DNA from: Scyliorhinus canicula
Lineage: Eukaryota
Assembly (NCBI RefSeq): GCF_902713615.1
Contig: NC_052158.1
Span: 43,115,159 to 43,179,158, forward strand
Direction of reading: 5' to 3'
Length of the DNA stretch: 64,000 nucleotides
The notes under the pieces are model-generated. The model did not search any database and was not told the origin of the DNA. It was given only the letters and a program-made list of their open reading frames with translations. The position numbers were made by a program, and so were the translations under genes. Positions 61,028 through 64,000 of this stretch are shown one piece after another. Position 1 is the first letter of the stretch; each line of letters begins with the position of its first letter.

Positions 61028-61610
61028 ACCTCTCCCGAGCATAACCTCACATCTAACCAGTGGGACACATTGTTGGAGATCACAATTCCTGCATATTCCG
61101 CCCCTACCTTCCCCATCAGCTCACGACAATAAAAATCAATCCTAGAGTGCACCCTATATATGTGCAAGAAGAAGGAGTACTCTTCCCGGGTTCCAAACCT
61201 CCACGGATCCATCATCTCCATCCTTTCCATGAACCTTCCCAGCTCTTTCACCATCCTCGACCTTCCCATTGACTTAGGGCTCTACCTATCCACCTTTGGC
61301 TCCATTACACAATTAAAATATGCCATGATCAACTGGTGAGAGTCCAGGTCCAGATTTGCTCCCAGAAACCACTTCACCAAACCAACATCATCCCAATTAG
61401 GCACATACACGTTTACCAACACCACCGGCGTCCCCTCTAACACGCCACTCACTATTACGTACCTCACCCCCGGGCCCCACGCCTCCCTGGCCACCATTAA
61501 CCCCGTTGTCTGGCTCAACAAACTGGCCACCCCCTTTTCACCTTGAATCAAACCCCGCGTGAAACATTTGTCCCACCCATCCCTTCCTCAACCCCATCTG
61601 ATCTTTTATC
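61028..61610 (-). mobile_element. L1-like ORF2 endonuclease fragment
   Basis: RGVASLL, YVIVSGVLEGTPVVLVNVYVPNWDD and HSRIDFY on the minus strand. Confidence 0.85.
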
Positions 61611-61699
61611 CGGAGATGGGTCTCCTACAAGAAAATCACAACTGGACTTCCGATGGCGGCCATGGTGTGAGTGGTGCGCACATTTGGTGGCTCCCACTT

Positions 61700-63090
61700 G
61701 TGGCGGTGTTTTTGGATCATTTCCCTAGCTAACTGGTGGACGTGTGGATGGAAAAAGGTGCAGGAGTGGTGGAAGATGAGTTTGTTCCACCGGTGGATGA
61801 ATTTGTGGACCTGAAGTGGTTTTAGGCAAAAGGAGCTGTTGGAGCAAGAAACTGTGCCTGAGACATGGAAGAAGATGGCGGAGGGTAAGGGACCAGCCCG
61901 AACATCTCTGTGGTCTGTGGAGCAGCTGGTGGACTTCTTGAATGAGAGGTTCACTCCACAGAGGAAGGAGCCTCTGGAAGACCTGGCAAGGACGGTGGAT
62001 CCACTTAAGGCGGGGATCGGCAGCATGGAGATGAGGCTGGAACTTCAAAGCCAGGTTATCCAGAAAGTGGAGGAGGCGGTGGGGGAGCATGAGGAGCAGC
62101 TTGCTTCATTGGCTTCCCAGATGGGGATAATGCGATATACGTAGAATCAGTTTCAGGAGAAGGTGGAGAACTGCTCCAGGTGACAGATCCTGAGGTTTTG
62201 TGGGGTTGCCAGAGGGCATTGAGGGAGTGATGCAGGCTCATATGTGGCCAGGATGTTTGAGAGGTTGCTGGGAGAGGGGGTCTCTGAACAGCCCCTGGAG
62301 GTGGACTGGGCACACAGGGAACTGATGAGGAAACTGCAGGTAAACGAGCCGCCGAGGGCGATGGTGGTGCAGTTGCGCTGGTTTCTGGACAAGGTGCGGA
62401 TCCTGAGGTGGGCCAGGTGGTGAAAGATGAGGTGATGTACCTGGGATGGCAGTGAACTTCGGGTGTACCAGGGCCTGGCCCACAGGAGAGCCGGTTTTAA
62501 TAAAGTGAAGGCTGCTTTCTTTAACAAGGGGGTGAAATTTGGGATGCTGTACCCGGCTCGCCTCTGGGTGACTTACAATGTCCGTGAATTCTACTTTGGG
62601 ACGCCGGAGAAAGTGGTGGAGCTTTTGAGGGACAATGGACTGGCAGGAGAAGGACATTGAACTTTGGAAGAGGTGTTCTTTTTTCTTTGGGGGCCATTGT
62701 CCTGTGATCTTCTGTGGGGGATGGATGGTTGCTCTCTTTCTTTGCTTTTGGTCTTTCAATGATGGTGTTGTTTGCATAGGGATAGTGAGTGAGCGGAGAT
62801 GGCGAGGTTAGTGGATGAGAGTCTGCTGGTGGATAGGAGGTACTCGGAGGCCCCGGAGGCAGGGGTGTTGAGGGAGTGGCAGAAACTACAGATGGAGTTT
62901 GGGCTGATATCCATGGGTAAGGTGGTAGGGAAGTTGAGGAGAGTTAAAGGGGCGGTCTATGGATACGGGGAAAAGGCGAGTAAAATGTTGGCACATCAAT
63001 TGAGGAAGTAGGAGGAAGCGAGGGAGATCGAGAAAGTGAAGGATAGGGGAGGGAATATGGTCTTGGACCTGGTGGGGGTGAATGGAAATA
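61700..63090 (+). mobile_element. L1-like ORF1 and an ORF2 fragment
   Basis: FNKVKAAFFNKGVKFGMLYPARLWVT (ORF1 C-terminus); YGYGEKASKMLAHQLRK (ORF2). Confidence 0.85.
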
Positions 63091-63149
63091 TGAAGTCATC
63101 TGCTTTTAATCTAGAAAAATAGATCAAAGTACTTTTTAAATAGTGAAAA

Positions 63150-63710
63150 TCTAGAAATAGTGGAGGTACAAAAAGACCTTGGGGTCTAGGTGCATCAATC
63201 ATTAAAATGCCATGTGCAGATAAAGGAGTAATCAAAAAAGCCAATTAAATAAGGGCCTTTAAACCCACAAAACTGGAATCCAAGGAGATAGAAGACATAT
63301 ATCAGCTTTACAAAGTCCTGGTTTGACCAAACCTGGAATACTGGAACAGTTCAGGACCCCTCACCATTGGAAGGATATACTAACCTTGGAGGGAGGGCAG
63401 TATAGATTGACGAGAATTATACCTGGACTGCAGAGGTTAAATGATGGAGAAAGATTAAACAGGTGAGGGTTATGTTCCCCAGATTTTTGAATGTTAAGTA
63501 GGGATTTGATTGCAGAAATGTATCTTCACTGCCTTAGCAATCTAAGACCTGGGGGGGGGGGGGCATAATCTAAAAGTTCTTTTGCATTAGAAATTTGAAA
63601 CTTGCTTCCACAAACAACAATTGATGCTAGTTGCTAGTTGAATTATCTTTTTTAAAACGAAGGTTGATACATTTTTGGCAACCATAGGTATTAAGCTATG
63701 TGGGGCAAAG
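63150..63710 (+). mobile_element. CR1-like LINE 3' fragment, old
   Basis: Decayed CR1 3' motifs (LYKVLV..NLEY; GGATATACTAACCTTGGAG; GGTTGATACATTTTTG). Confidence 0.55.
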
Positions 63711-64000
63711 GCAGGTGTATGGAGGGGAGTCACAGATAAGCCAGCAAAAAGAGTGGAATTAACAACAATTCCAGGTAGGATTTGTTGGGAACAGTAAGTG
63801 ATCCCGGCATCGTTGTGACCATATGATTGCCATGTAAAGGTATGTTCATCTCCCACTCAATGCAATTAATTGAGCTTGCAGAAACTAGTTGACATTTGTT
63901 TGGTCAGTTGCTCATTTGTTACCTTTAATGTTTTTAAACTGGCAATTGATTGTCTGATTATTTGTTTTGTGAGTGAAAATTTTTCATTTGCTCAGATATA

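Noticed and set aside
50281-64000. Class II alpha exon 3 (Ig C1 domain)
   Set aside because: No NTLIC/FYP/W/YSC.V.H-type frame was seen in the non-TE stretches (50300-50900, 53650-53920, 63700-64000).

Overview
This is vertebrate genomic DNA. The repeat families and the MHC sequence point to a shark/elasmobranch (inference). Most of the window is decayed, nested transposable elements: L1/Tx1-like and CR1 LINEs, HE1-like tRNA-derived SINEs, several Ty3/Gypsy LTR elements (one with Gmr1-type PR-IN-RT order), Penelope-like ends with hammerhead motifs, PIF/Harbinger and hAT MITEs, and minisatellites. There are two ~500-N assembly gaps. The only host gene I can support is the 5' half of an MHC class II alpha gene on the + strand. 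It has an X1/X2-19 bp-Y promoter at 38818-38860, a leader exon at 38999-39065 and an alpha-1 exon at 50032-50280. Intron 1 is 10,966 bp, and exon 3 is not in the window. Most notable observations: (1) a near-perfect second class II X1X2 box about 16 kb upstream; (2) a non-canonical Y box in the promoter and an Asn62->Gln change in the alpha-1 groove; (3) a SINE-mediated inversion with duplicated breakpoints; (4) a 2.4-kb satellite built from the first ~21 nt of a SINE; (5) a decayed orphan type-I membrane glycoprotein ORF; (6) a MITE with a 366-bp nested palindrome. There are no CRISPR arrays, rRNA genes or true tRNA genes. Family names come from recalled motifs, not database searches, and many TE boundaries are approximate.
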